Origin: Lama glama
Taxonomy: Eukaryota
Direction: 5' to 3'
Length of the DNA stretch: 64,000 nucleotides
Assembly (NCBI GenBank): GCA_028534125.1
Contig: CM052817.1
Span: 53,942,001 to 54,006,000 of the forward strand
In this document: piece after piece, positions 41,601 through 52,987 of the stretch
Layout: each line of letters starts with the position of its first letter
Position numbering within the stretch: the first letter of the stretch is position 1
Program-made: the position numbers and the translations under genes
The notes under the pieces: model-generated
Database searches by the model: none
What the model saw: the letters and a program-made list of their open reading frames with translations, nothing else
What the model was told of the DNA's origin: nothing

Positions 41601-44315
41601 CCACTTGATACCTCAGTGGTAATTCTTTAAGTCAATCTTGGAAAATAATGTAACATTTTTAAATGTACGTTCTTTCATCACCTTCCCTTCGAAGAAAAAG
41701 AACTCATTCATTTTTTGTCCATTTATTTTTAGGAAAAAATATTATTTCTCTCATTTCTCACCTCACTAACTCCTTTCTTTTCTTTATTCATTTTACATTT
41801 TCACCATTTGGCTAATCTTGCTCATAGATAGTTACCATAAAACTATCCAAAACATCTGTATTAAGAAAATGGAAATAATACAAGTAGAATTAAATCTAAT
41901 TAAAAAAAGCCTGTCTCCAAATCTCTAGAGTCTTTCAAATTGCTGAGGATTTCTGCAAAAGTTTCTAAGCCTTCAAGTCCTCCAATAATTGTATCTGTTT
42001 ATTCAAGTATTTCTAAGAAAACACACACACACATACACACATACTCCACATCAAATTCATGCACCATTATATCACATTCTATTGTATGTCTGTGTGTATC
42101 ATAATTTTTTCCATTATAAACAGTGTTTCAGCTTCATGAATAATGAAATAAATCTGGGGTTCTTTGAAGCTCACATCTACATTTATAAACTGGGTTTCTC
42201 TGGGCAGATGACTTAACATTTTGGAGTCTTAGTTTCCACATCTGTACGTCATAGTATTTTTTAAGGTTTAAGGCATGTGTATGAAACCTAGTGCAATTTG
42301 GGAGGGATGGCAGGTGCTTTTTAACACCAGAAGCTGCTTGCTTGTCCTTACTCTAATGGAAGGTTGATGTGGCCTTGCTGCCTTGTATTTGCTACTTCGT
42401 TTTAACGGCGTTACTTACATTCTAGTACATGCACATTGCCTTCCTGAATTCCCTGAGCTCCTTAGCTATGGCACCTGTATTCCTTTTAATTACTGATGGA
42501 GGCAACATGAGATAGCAGAAAGTCAGAGACTAAGATTCTACCCGTAACTCTGGACTATGTATGTGACATCTGAGTTACTTTCCTTCTCTGATCCTAAATT
42601 TCTTTATCTGGAAATGAGGATAATGCATTCTTTGCAAGATTTTTGTTATGATTAAATTTGATAATTGATGTAAAAGACCAGAAAAGAAAACATTCAATAA
42701 ACAGTAGCTAATAAGTGCTATCATTTTTTGACAGCCCCCTTCCTTTCCTCTTTCTGCTTCTACTTACCGGTTTTTCACTATTCTATAAACTCCAGGAGGC
42801 CAGGCCTGCCCTGTCCATAGTTGTAACCACAGAGCACAGCACAGTGCTTGGCCTCAGCTACCCAAAGATGTGTGTCCTGAGTAATGAAAGGAAGAAAGGA
42901 AGGGAGGGAGGAAGCAGAGGGAAAGAGGAAGTTAAGAATCTCTCAGTCATTGGACTTCTGACTTAAGCCCAGTTTGGCTCCTTGCTTCTGCTTTCTACAG
43001 CATGTCTGATTTTGTGCCTGAATTTCACTTTTTATCTTGACATTTTTTAATATTTCTAATTCTACCTTTAAGCTTTCTCTCCACTAACCATTACCACTAT
43101 TTCTCTCAGTGGGCTTCTCTACAAAATATAAAAGCCTAATTTTGTTGCTTAAAATGTAAATGTGTCTGTTATACAGCAAAACTATCATAGATATTGAAAA
43201 GTTAGTTTTAAAAATTAAAAAAGTTATTATTATTGAATTAAATGTTTCTAAATAAAGTGCTATTTTTTATCAAAGGCAAAAGTATCTTCAAAGGCATTTC
43301 TTATTTAAAAATTATCATAAGAGTTACTGCATTTATCATTTTAACATTCACAACCTGTGTTTCATTGTATAGCAGTTTTGGGAAATAGTATAGACTATTG
43401 TGCATGTAACAGAGATATAGAAATCTTTTTCAATTTAGCAATTTAGGACTAAGTGTAAAAGTACAAAACCTGATTATCTTAATAACCATGGTCTATGTGT
43501 AAATCTGATTAGGCTTGTGGAATTCATTGTTTTTAGGTTACCTGATGGACAAGTAGGAATGCTTTGGGACTAAGTGATTGGTAATAAATTTCTATACTTT
43601 AAGCATAAGATATAATTGTGTCACACAACCCATAAATACCTCTTTACTTTCGTTTGTATCTTTTTTGTAGAATTGTTTTTTCTAACATTAATTTTAAAAA
43701 TCCAAATGTTAAGGATAAATATTTCAGTCACATGATACTTCAGAGAGAAAGTGCTGGGTAATTTTAATTTGTATCTTCACTGGGGTATGTGGATGCACAG
43801 AGTTTGGCCATGAATTTGTACTATTGAAGGGCATGAAGAGAAACAGGCAGAATGCTTATTTGGTAAACAAAAAAGGGTATTTCTTCACTTGTTTTCAGGG
43901 AAATCTGACAACACATCTCATCCTCTAAAATTATGCAGCATGGTAGATTTTACCTGTCATTTAGGTATCTTAAATTTTTGGTCATTCATCATTATTATCT
44001 GAGAGTTTGGCTTTCTGACAGAAAAGTAGTTACTAAGAGGGAAATACCTTTGTGCTTAAATTCATACTTTTGCTTGTCAACTTTATTCTAAGGAATTTGA
44101 ACACTGCCTAAAATTTTAACAGAGAAATAAAGCAAATGTCCGACTTTGCTATATATAATAAAGTCAATTCTCACTTATCTGTGCCATTACAGGTAGAAGC
44201 AGCATATTCTAAAGTGCAACCCCTTGATAACTAGAAATCTCATTTGAATCAGTATCGCCAACCCCGACAAGATGTGCTAATAATGAGCAGCTCAACTATT
44301 TCAGTTCCACCTGCC

Positions 44316-44328
44316 TGCCCTCTGGTGG
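44316..44328 (-). promoter_or_regulatory. CTCF core motif CCACCAGAGGGCA
   Basis: Plus-strand tgccctctggtgg; the reverse complement matches the CCASYAGRKGGCR consensus exactly. Occupancy unknown. Confidence 0.5.
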
Positions 44329-46964
44329 ATGTGCTAATGAGCAGTGAAATGGCTACAGAAAGGACAGCTGGTGTTAAGTGGGAAGCTTATTCACAAGTAA
44401 GTCATCTTTTGACTGTGAACTACAAGTAGAAATAATTTTGATTACTGTTCTAATAATTATAAATTTATCTGGGACATCACTCTGTAAAAAAAAATGAATA
44501 AATTAGTAGCAGAGAACCTTTTTATCCCTTGCAGTTTGTTTACTTTATTAGGAAGGACACCTAGAGATGTTGGATGAATGGCTAACACTGGGCTCACTGT
44601 AAAATGCCAGGTTCAGCTTTTGTCTTGTACAGGACTGTGATTTTGATATTCAAACTCTGAAAAACAGAAGGTGCCATTCTGGAAAGGTTTAGCCTTCAAT
44701 TATGAAGAAGAAAAACACAAGAAATATAAAAACAAACATCAGAGAATTCAGCTGATGTTAAGTGGCAATGGAATAGCTACTGCAGATTTTCCAAGTTTTG
44801 GCTGTGCCCTCTGAAAAATCACCAGCAGCAGTGCCCTTCAGGCAGCAGCTGCCACTACAGGCGATGAAGAAGCACTAGAGAGAAAAAGAGGGGGGCGCCT
44901 CTGCAGACAGGCAGAGCTGATGCACAAAAATACAGACCTAGATGAAATTTGCAACAAGTAGCTGACTATTTTTTCTTTTTGTAAAGTTCACTCAGCTACT
45001 AAGATAGAAGTAAATTAAGCTTTAGAGATAATGTGGCATCTCAAGTGGAACTGTGAAGCAATCATAACCCAAAGGCTGAGGACAAGCTTGATTTAAGATC
45101 CTACTACTTTCAGGATCTATTTTGTGACTAGGGTGCACCATACTTAACTAAACCGTTCAGGAAGCAAATTCGGCTACCTATTAAACACGTGACAGTTTCA
45201 AAATGTTCAAGATTCTCTGCCCAGCACTCACATTACTCAGCTGTCAAAGTAAAGGGCTCAGATATATGATGTGAAAATTACATTTTAACGAGGTGTCATG
45301 TGTGTTTAAAGTTCTTATTCATCACTACATAGCCACAGCTTTTACTGGAGCCACAAATGCATTTAATTAGCATATTATAAGGACAGAAGGTTCACCTTAT
45401 CTGCCTTGTTAAACTGTTATGTGTAGGCTTTTCACTGTTGTTTTAGATTCTACTATCTTCAGCATTTATAAGAATGATTGCATTTACATAATTTCAAATG
45501 GCTTTCAAGAAAATGTGGATTGCGTTTGGGAAGCACAAGAGCAGGCAGCAGACGGTAGCTCTGTGTTCTCATCATCTGCTGTTCATACTGATTGCTTGAT
45601 GTGTTTCTCTAAGTCTCAACCAATAGATTTTTAGGCCTGTTAGACATATTAATTTAAGGAAATTTTTGGAGCTGGGCTTCTCTGCATATTCTTATTATCA
45701 ACCTGAACCTACTTCTTCCTTCAGTAGAAAATAGTGGAAAATATCTGTATATTTGAAAATGAAAGTTTACATTGTTCAGTGGACAGTTTAGAAACAAAAT
45801 GGAAGTGAAAGAAAATACCTCAGATCTCCTATCTATTAATGAATAATGACCTCAGCACAGGTGGTTTGTGAGAGAGGACTCCACAGTGAGAGTCAGTCAA
45901 TATCAGTCACTAAAGGCAAGTGAAGGAACCATTTGATTCCCCTACACCAGATGTATCAGGATAGCAGGTAGAATTTTAGAATTATGATTCCAACATGAGG
46001 ATCACTCAAATAATCTGTAAAACAGCTAATTGGAGGTTTTTAATGTATATTTTACAAGAGATAGTCAATTGAAGATAATGAAGAATGTGTCCATAGTTTA
46101 TATCATATTTTATAAGATAAGAGAAAGGCTCAGTTAAAAGTACATTTGAAGAAAATTCTAGATTTGATAGGTTTCTGCTCAGGAAAAAAAAAAAAACAGA
46201 GGAAGCATGTTCACGTTTACTTTGACCTCAGGTGTTATTGCTTACAAGCATTTTTGATACAGGTATCCAAAACGGAATCTAAACTGCAGTAAGACCATGC
46301 CAAAGTACTAGCTTTTTAACTGAGCATTCATGAATGAAAACTGACACTTTTTCTTGAGATTATATCTACAAATTTAAGACAGGTGAAATCTCTCTCTTTG
46401 CAAAACAGAAAGATTCTTCATTTTCAATTAAAAAGAGTAAAAGCTGAATGTCCTGGCTTATGTTTGGAATTTGTTTCCTAAAGCTGAACTTTATTATTTC
46501 TCAGCATTTGCCACTTTAATAATATCCTTTTAACAAATATGGGCACTAGGACAAGTGGGCAAGATGGCTCATATTTTAACTCCCATAAGCAAATAAACAA
46601 AATTAATTGAATGGTATAATTTCCCTTTGTTCACAATTACAATGAGTATCATATATATGTTACACACATATACTTTTATTAACGTATGTTAAAAATATTT
46701 TTTGGCAAGTCTCTAAACACATATGGCTATTGTATCATCTTTTTCTTTAAGGAAAATTTAGAAGAACTAAGCTAAGAATTTGCTTTGCCCATCAAATCAA
46801 AACCAGGAATGCTAATGGATTTTAACCTATCTGTTGTCCTAAATAAAAATAATGCATGATCTTTCCAATAAAAAAATTAAAATGCTACTGCTCCTTATTT
46901 ACTAACATCAAAAGGTGATTAGTTATTATGTATTATTTCTTTGGAGGCAATTAGAATTTACTCC

Positions 46965-48470
46965 GGATCCACAAATGACCCCAAATTGCCAAAGCAATCC
47001 TGAAGAAAAAGAACAAAGCTGAAAGCATAACCCTCCCAGATGTTAGGCAAAGCTATTATAATCTAAGCAGCATGGTATTGGCACAAAACCAGACATATAG
47101 ATCAATGGGACAGAATAGAAAGCCCAGAAAGAAACCCACACATTTATGGTCAATTAATCTTCAACAATGGAGGCAAGAATATACAATGGAGAAAGGATAG
47201 TCTCTTCAACAAGTGGTGTTGGGAAAGCTGGATAGCCACATATAAATCAGTAAAGTTAGAACACTCCCTCACACTATACACAAAAATAAACTCAAAATGG
47301 CTTAGAGACTTAAATATAAGACATGACACCATAAAACTTGAAGAGAACATAGGCAAAACATTCTCTGACATAAATCGTAGCAATGTTTTCCTAGGACACT
47401 CTATCAAGGCAATAGAAATAAAAGCAAAAAAATAAATGGGACCTAATCAAACTTAAAAGCTTTTGCACAACAAAGGAAACCATAAACAAATGAAAATACA
47501 ACCTACAGACTGGCAGAATAATATTGTATATGATGCAATCCACAAGAGCTTAATTTCCCAAATATACAAACAGTTCATACAGCTTAATACCAAAACAAAC
47601 AAAACCCAAATGCTCAACATCATTAATTATTAAAGAAATGTAAATCAAAACTACAATGTGGTATCACTTCACACCAGTCAGAATGGCCATCATGAAAAAG
47701 CCTACAAATAAATGCTAAAGAGAGTGTGGAAAAAAGGAAACCCTCTTCCTCCTACACTGTTGGTGGAAATGTAAACTGGTATAGCCACTATGAAAAATAG
47801 TATAAAGCGTTCTTAAAAAACTAAAAATAGACTTACCATATAATCCAGCAATCCCACTCCTGGGCATATATTCAGAAAAGACAGAAAATCTAATTCAAAA
47901 AGATACATGCACCCCAACAGCAGCACTATTTACACTAGCCAAGATATGGAAGCAACCTAAATGTCCATCAACAGATTACTGGGTAAAAAATGTGGTATGC
48001 AGATACAAGGGACTATTACTTGACCATAAAAAAGAATGAATTATTGCCATTTGCAGTAAGCAACATGGATGGACCTAAGAATTAGCATACTGGGTGAAGC
48101 AAGCTAGACAGAGAAGACAAGTATTATGTAATATCCCTTATATGTGGAATCTAAAATTATAATACAAATGAACTTATTTACAAAACAGAAAGACTCATAG
48201 ACATAGAAAATAAACTTATGGTTTCCAAAGGGGAAAAAGTTGGGGGGAAGAGATAAGTTTAGGAGTATGGTAACAGATACACACTACTCTGCATAAAACA
48301 AATAAACAACAAGGATTTACTGTATAGCACAGGAAACTATATTCAGTGTCTTGTAATAACCTATAATGGAAAAGAGAAAAAATATATATAATTGAATCAT
48401 CTTGCTGTATACCTGAAACTAACACATATTGTAAATCAACCATACTTTTAAAAAAAAAAAAGGAAAGCAA
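46965..48470 (+). mobile_element. 5'-truncated L1 (end of ORF2, 3' UTR and poly-A), cetartiodactyl-type, antisense to ADGRL3
   Basis: Contains L1 ORF2 C-terminal sequence (catggtattggcacaaaaccagacatatagatcaatgg; aatccagcaatcccactcctgggcatata) and a poly-A at 48450-48461. The TSD is agaatttactcc (46953-46964) / agaaattactcc (48471-48482), one mismatch. Reading frame disrupted. Confidence 0.93.
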
Positions 48471-48901
48471 AGAAATTACTCCAGTTCCAATTTAAAGTCA
48501 AAAAAGGCTAAGAACTACTCACCAATAGAATTTTCACTACCAAAATACGAATTTTGGTTTAACAATATCACAGATCTGAAAGAACTGTGTTCCCCAAATA
48601 CCCCAGATGATTTACTCTTGCTTAGGGTTTTAACTGAAGGTTGTACTGGATTGAGAAACCTTACCTGTACAGAGGTGAGCCAGAAACTGCACTTGGTCTA
48701 GGAGATATTTGAAGGCTTATTAAGGAGAAGTTGTTTTTGCTGCTGTTGCATATTTAGGCTTCTCCTTCCACAAAAGCAATTCAACATAATATCAGCATTG
48801 CTGGCCATGAAAATAATTGCTGTGACTTTGACAAAAGCCTCTCAGGGATTAGAAAAAAAATGCCACCCAATTTGACATTCTATCACAGTGAAAAGTGGAA
48901 A

Positions 48902-48942
48902 ATCATTCATTCATTCATTCATTCATCCATTCATTCATTCAA
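48902..48942. repeat. (TTCA)n simple repeat, tail of a reverse-oriented L2
   Basis: atcattcattcattcattcattcatccattcattcattcaa followed by tattgagcct. Confidence 0.85.
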
Positions 48943-50039
48943 CATAGAGTTATTGAGCCTTTATTTTCTATATGCCATATATTACACTAGTGTTTAAGAA
49001 GGCAGAAATAACAATCAGATGAAAAATAACAAAAAGATGGGTAAGGCAAGATTATTAGCTATATTGCACTTAGAATCTAGTTGTATAAGATATGTATATA
49101 GTGAAATACGTTGGTAAGCAGAACAGCATGCTAGTAAAAATACAGTAAAAGTAATGCCAAAAACAAGAAGTATTAACTTTAAGGAAAAATTCAACTTTGA
49201 ATTCCTATGTTACTATCAAAATTAAGACACTTGTATCTTACTTTTCCATTATACTTTTTCATGAGGAACAATATTACTGCTACTTAAAATAATTTAACTT
49301 CTAAACTAAGATAATTGTGCTCAATTGTGTAAATAAAATTGTAAAAGATAAAGCAATCTGACTGTCTTTAAACAACATTAAAAGCAAACAGTAAGTCATA
49401 GAGAGGAAAAATAAACTTTTAAAGAATGGGAATTAAAACATCTCGAATGTATTTAAAGCTGTATTTTTCATTGCTGTTTCTTATAAAATTGAGCTCTATT
49501 TTTTCTCTTTATCAGTTATGAACATTTTATGTATACATCTATTAGATACACTCAGACATATGTACACTCAGGCTCACAATATTTGCAGAGAGGTGGTTAT
49601 ATATGATGCTCTCTGTGAGTGGAATATGTTGGTGTAGGGTTCCTGAAGCATTGTATCAAGTCAACCATTTGACATTTTCAAGTCAAGAGCATGCCTCAGG
49701 GCATGCCACAATTAATTAGATGGGACGGCATTCTATTTTTGCAAAGGTTTTATGTACTTCACTACACAACGAACTAACCAGTTGATAATGAAAATGCCCT
49801 TCAAAAAAGGGCTGACGATTACAGACTAGCTGCACAGGGGAGAGATTCAGTTTCTTATGCCTATACATTTTTACAGTTGAAAGCGATCAACAGTAGTATT
49901 TCTGCAGATGAAAAGACAATGCATAATTTTTGATATGGAGACCAGAAGAAAGATCACAAAAGGATGTCTAATCAAAATATCCAGTAAGCTTACTGAGAAC
50001 AAACTGATTTCCCCTGAAAGTACATCAAGTCAAACTTAC

Positions 50040-50840
50040 CTGATCTACCATCCAGAGGTCCAAAATCCAAAGAATATTTCACGACGTGATAGTTATTCCA
50101 TACGTAAAGAAGGTTGTCCCTGGGGTTGTAATCCACAGCTGCTATGTACTGGTATGAATTGGGAAAGGGTACATCCACCAAACTATCCTTACTTTGGTCG
50201 GTGTTGTATATGTAGTCAATCTTATTTCCCGTAGCCTCATTGTCATCATCCTCATATACAGATTTGACCACATACAGAATTCCACAAATCATAAATGCGT
50301 TGGAAGCTGACCTTTTATCATATGCAGTATCCCATGTCCCTTCAATCCGTAGGGTGTAAGGGTTCAACTGACTAATGACAATTTTACCATTGTTTTGTTC
50401 TGTTGCATAGATTACCCATAGCCCATTCTCATCCACTGCCAGGTCTATGTCAGATTTGCCTCCCCAACGGTAAGGGGAGGTATCATGGTAGTTGGCATTT
50501 GCTATGATAGCCTCTCCACTCTTTATCCTAGTCCGTAAATCAAACTTTACTATGTTCCTGGTGCGCTCTTTATTGAAGAACAGAGCTCCATCATACACTA
50601 CAAATCCTGTGCCATCCACCCTGTGAGGGAGCTTGTAGGTTGTAGTTGGCCTTCCAGCAATGAAGTCATCCTTGGATGAGTATTCGGTCAGTGTATCAGT
50701 TCTGTAGGGGGTCCAGGGCATATAATAAATCTTGTCAGAAGCCTGAAGAGGGTCTTTGCACCATGCCCCAGACTGGTGGTCGGACTCAAACAAATGTTCA
50801 CTCTGGTATACTCCTTTTAGTAGTCCAGGGCAAAGAAAAA
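50040..50840 (-). CDS. ADGRL3: ADGRL3 olfactomedin-domain exon (801 nt, phase 1-1): (V)[38 protein letters not shown]...[12 protein letters not shown](G)
   Basis: The 267-aa ORF 49990-50793 overlaps it and has latrophilin olfactomedin motifs ([46 protein letters not shown]). Acceptor ttcccttctgacAG at 50841-50842; donor G|GTaagt at 50038-50039. [18 protein letters not shown] is the ADGRL3-type rather than ADGRL1/2-type sequence. Confidence 0.98.
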
Positions 50841-51773
50841 CTGTCAGAAGGGAAAGAGTTAAAATAATAAATATATTAATATTTTGTCATATATTCTTAT
50901 TTTTCACCAGCTAGAATGCAAATCTAACAAGGAATATCCACAACCACTTAGTTATTTTCCTTCATTCTTCTGAGAACAGTCTTCCACATTGACATTTGTT
51001 CAGAATCATTTTGCTCTCATTTGCTGAAAAAATCTGATCTTTTTATGAGTAGCTGTGCTTTCTTTTGATTCTTTACCTTTGCAAATGTGTTACAATGTTT
51101 TTGGATATACTATGTATATAGATGTGACATGTCTATGCATTCTACAGACATATAACAAATATAAATTTTTATATGTGATGGTTTTATATACTTTATTTGG
51201 AAATTTTAAAAATATTGTTTTCACTCTGGTGCTATTAACTGTTCTATACTTATTAAGAAACAAATGAAAATCTAATACAAATTCAAATATATAATAAGGG
51301 AAAAGAAAAAGCCCTGTAAATCAGGCCACTGAATCTTCTAGGAAAAAAAAAATAAAGCTCTTAAAGCTGCTATAGCACACACAGAGCATGCAACCCACAC
51401 AATTAAAAATGAGTGATGGATGGATACTGGAAGGAAAAAGAGAAAGGAAGAAAAGGAAAGGAAAGAAGGAATAAGGAAAGAAGAAAAGGTGAAAGGTTAC
51501 AGAGAAGAACCCAAGATCTAGATTTTAATCAGTTAAAAATGTCCTGTTAAATACAGTAGTATTGGAACTTAAAAACATGTACCTTTTACTGTTACATGAG
51601 AAGAACATTAAAAAACAAGATTACTTGCTACAATATTTTGCTGCTCATACTTCAGGCTGAAAATGGGCAGGAATTATCTGATTCACTCAAGTTTTAGTAT
51701 GATTCAGTAGCACATCATGGGAGTGGTGGTAAGAAAGCTTGGCTGATTCATCTGTAATGAAGGGGCTATAAAG

Positions 51774-52050
51774 CAATGTTTCCCACAGGGAGGTTCTTGA
51801 AGCACCTGTTGTAAGTGGCATAGCTATGTGTCACACAGAAAAAAACAGAGATCCCTAGCCACAAGTGTTTAAGAAATATCATATTACACATAATTGTGGC
51901 AGAGATTCAAATATCTTAGGTACATTAGTGAATCTCCAAGGTAGAAGTGGAAGGGTGAGCAAATTACACAAATGAATTTGATCCTGGAACCCTTTCTACA
52001 GAGCCTGTCTGCAGTGTAGTGTTCTGCTGAACCTGCTATGGGAAACACTG
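51774..52050. mobile_element. hAT-Charlie-type non-autonomous DNA transposon
   Basis: Terminal inverted repeats caatgtttccca ... tgggaaacactg with degenerate 8-bp flanks ctataaag / ctctaatc. Confidence 0.65.
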
Positions 52051-52972
52051 CTCTAATCCTTTTGCAGAGCACACACACTGAAAGATAATCACGCAGTCCA
52101 CTGTTATGTTTTAAATTATTAGAAGTGTATTGGGAGGAGAAATTAGGAAATCACAAGAAATGTGGATGTTGACCCGTATTTTAATGATTATATTATTATT
52201 CTCTTGATATTAGTGCTTAACTCTTTAACAGCAATTATAAGCCTACATCCAGTGGAAAACAATCTAAGATGAAACTCAGCTAGGATTTTCAGGTTATTAA
52301 AAAGGAAAATACATTGTTAAAATGCCCCAAGTTTTACTTTAGGAAAATGAAAAGTTTAGGGGAAAACCTGACTATCAAAATCTTCCATAGCAAGGATATA
52401 GGGCCATCATCAATTTTTACTCAATAATAAAATTGATTATTAGAATAATTTCTCAGGATTCGAATATAATGTCTATAATTATAAAGAATGGGTAAGTATT
52501 ATCATCAAAACAGTATATAAACGTTTTGTTGGTTAATAGTCAGCCTTTGATTACTAAAGCAATTTATTTTAAGGTATTTCAGAAAACCATTTCCCCTTTC
52601 TCCCCAATAGTTAAAAATTAAAGGAACAGGGGAACCACACCAAAACAATGGAAAACTATCGAGTATGGAAATAAAAACAAATCTAAAGCAGTCACTATCC
52701 ATCACCACCTACTGGATTTCTAATTACTTAAAAACAAAGACGAATAAAATGCATGGTTGAAAATTTTACACTATTAAACTGTTTTAGGATTAAAAAATTC
52801 AAACCAGCACTGGTCAGTACAACAGATTAAAGTGAAGTTGAGCAGCAGAAGTAGTAAATAAATTTTCATAAAATAGATAGGAATTAATAACAAAATTATT
52901 TTAACTAAATGTTAAACTGTTAAATAACTTAGCCTATAAATAGTATATAATTTATGAAAGGTATTTAATTAC

Positions 52973-52987
52973 CTTTTTGTTCCACTT
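52973..52987 (-). CDS. ADGRL3: ADGRL3 15-nt microexon encoding the KVEQK insert between the lectin and olfactomedin domains (latrophilin splice site A)
   Basis: Minus strand reads cattaatctattctcttttctcctttctctctttacttctctctctccaatAG|AAGTGGAACAAAAAG|GTaatt. Splicing to the next exon gives (A)AA GTG GAA CAA AAA G|TT TTT CTT TGC = K V E Q K V F L C. Confidence 0.95.

Larger units (their letters stand above)
3834..50039 (-). other. ADGRL3: ADGRL3 intron (~46.2 kb) between the olfactomedin exon and the 81-nt linker exon
   Basis: Bounded by GT (50039-50038) and AG (3835-3834); the flanking exons join in frame. Confidence 0.9.

Noticed and set aside
47150..47407. 85-aa minus-strand ORF (also the 84-aa ORF at 48216-48470)
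   Set aside because: Antisense translations of the L1 copy.
49990..50793. 267-aa ORF as a standalone olfactomedin gene
   Set aside because: It is an internal ADGRL3 exon: the listed start is a TTG (Leu) codon inside the exon, coding begins at the acceptor (50840), and the last 16 residues are intronic.
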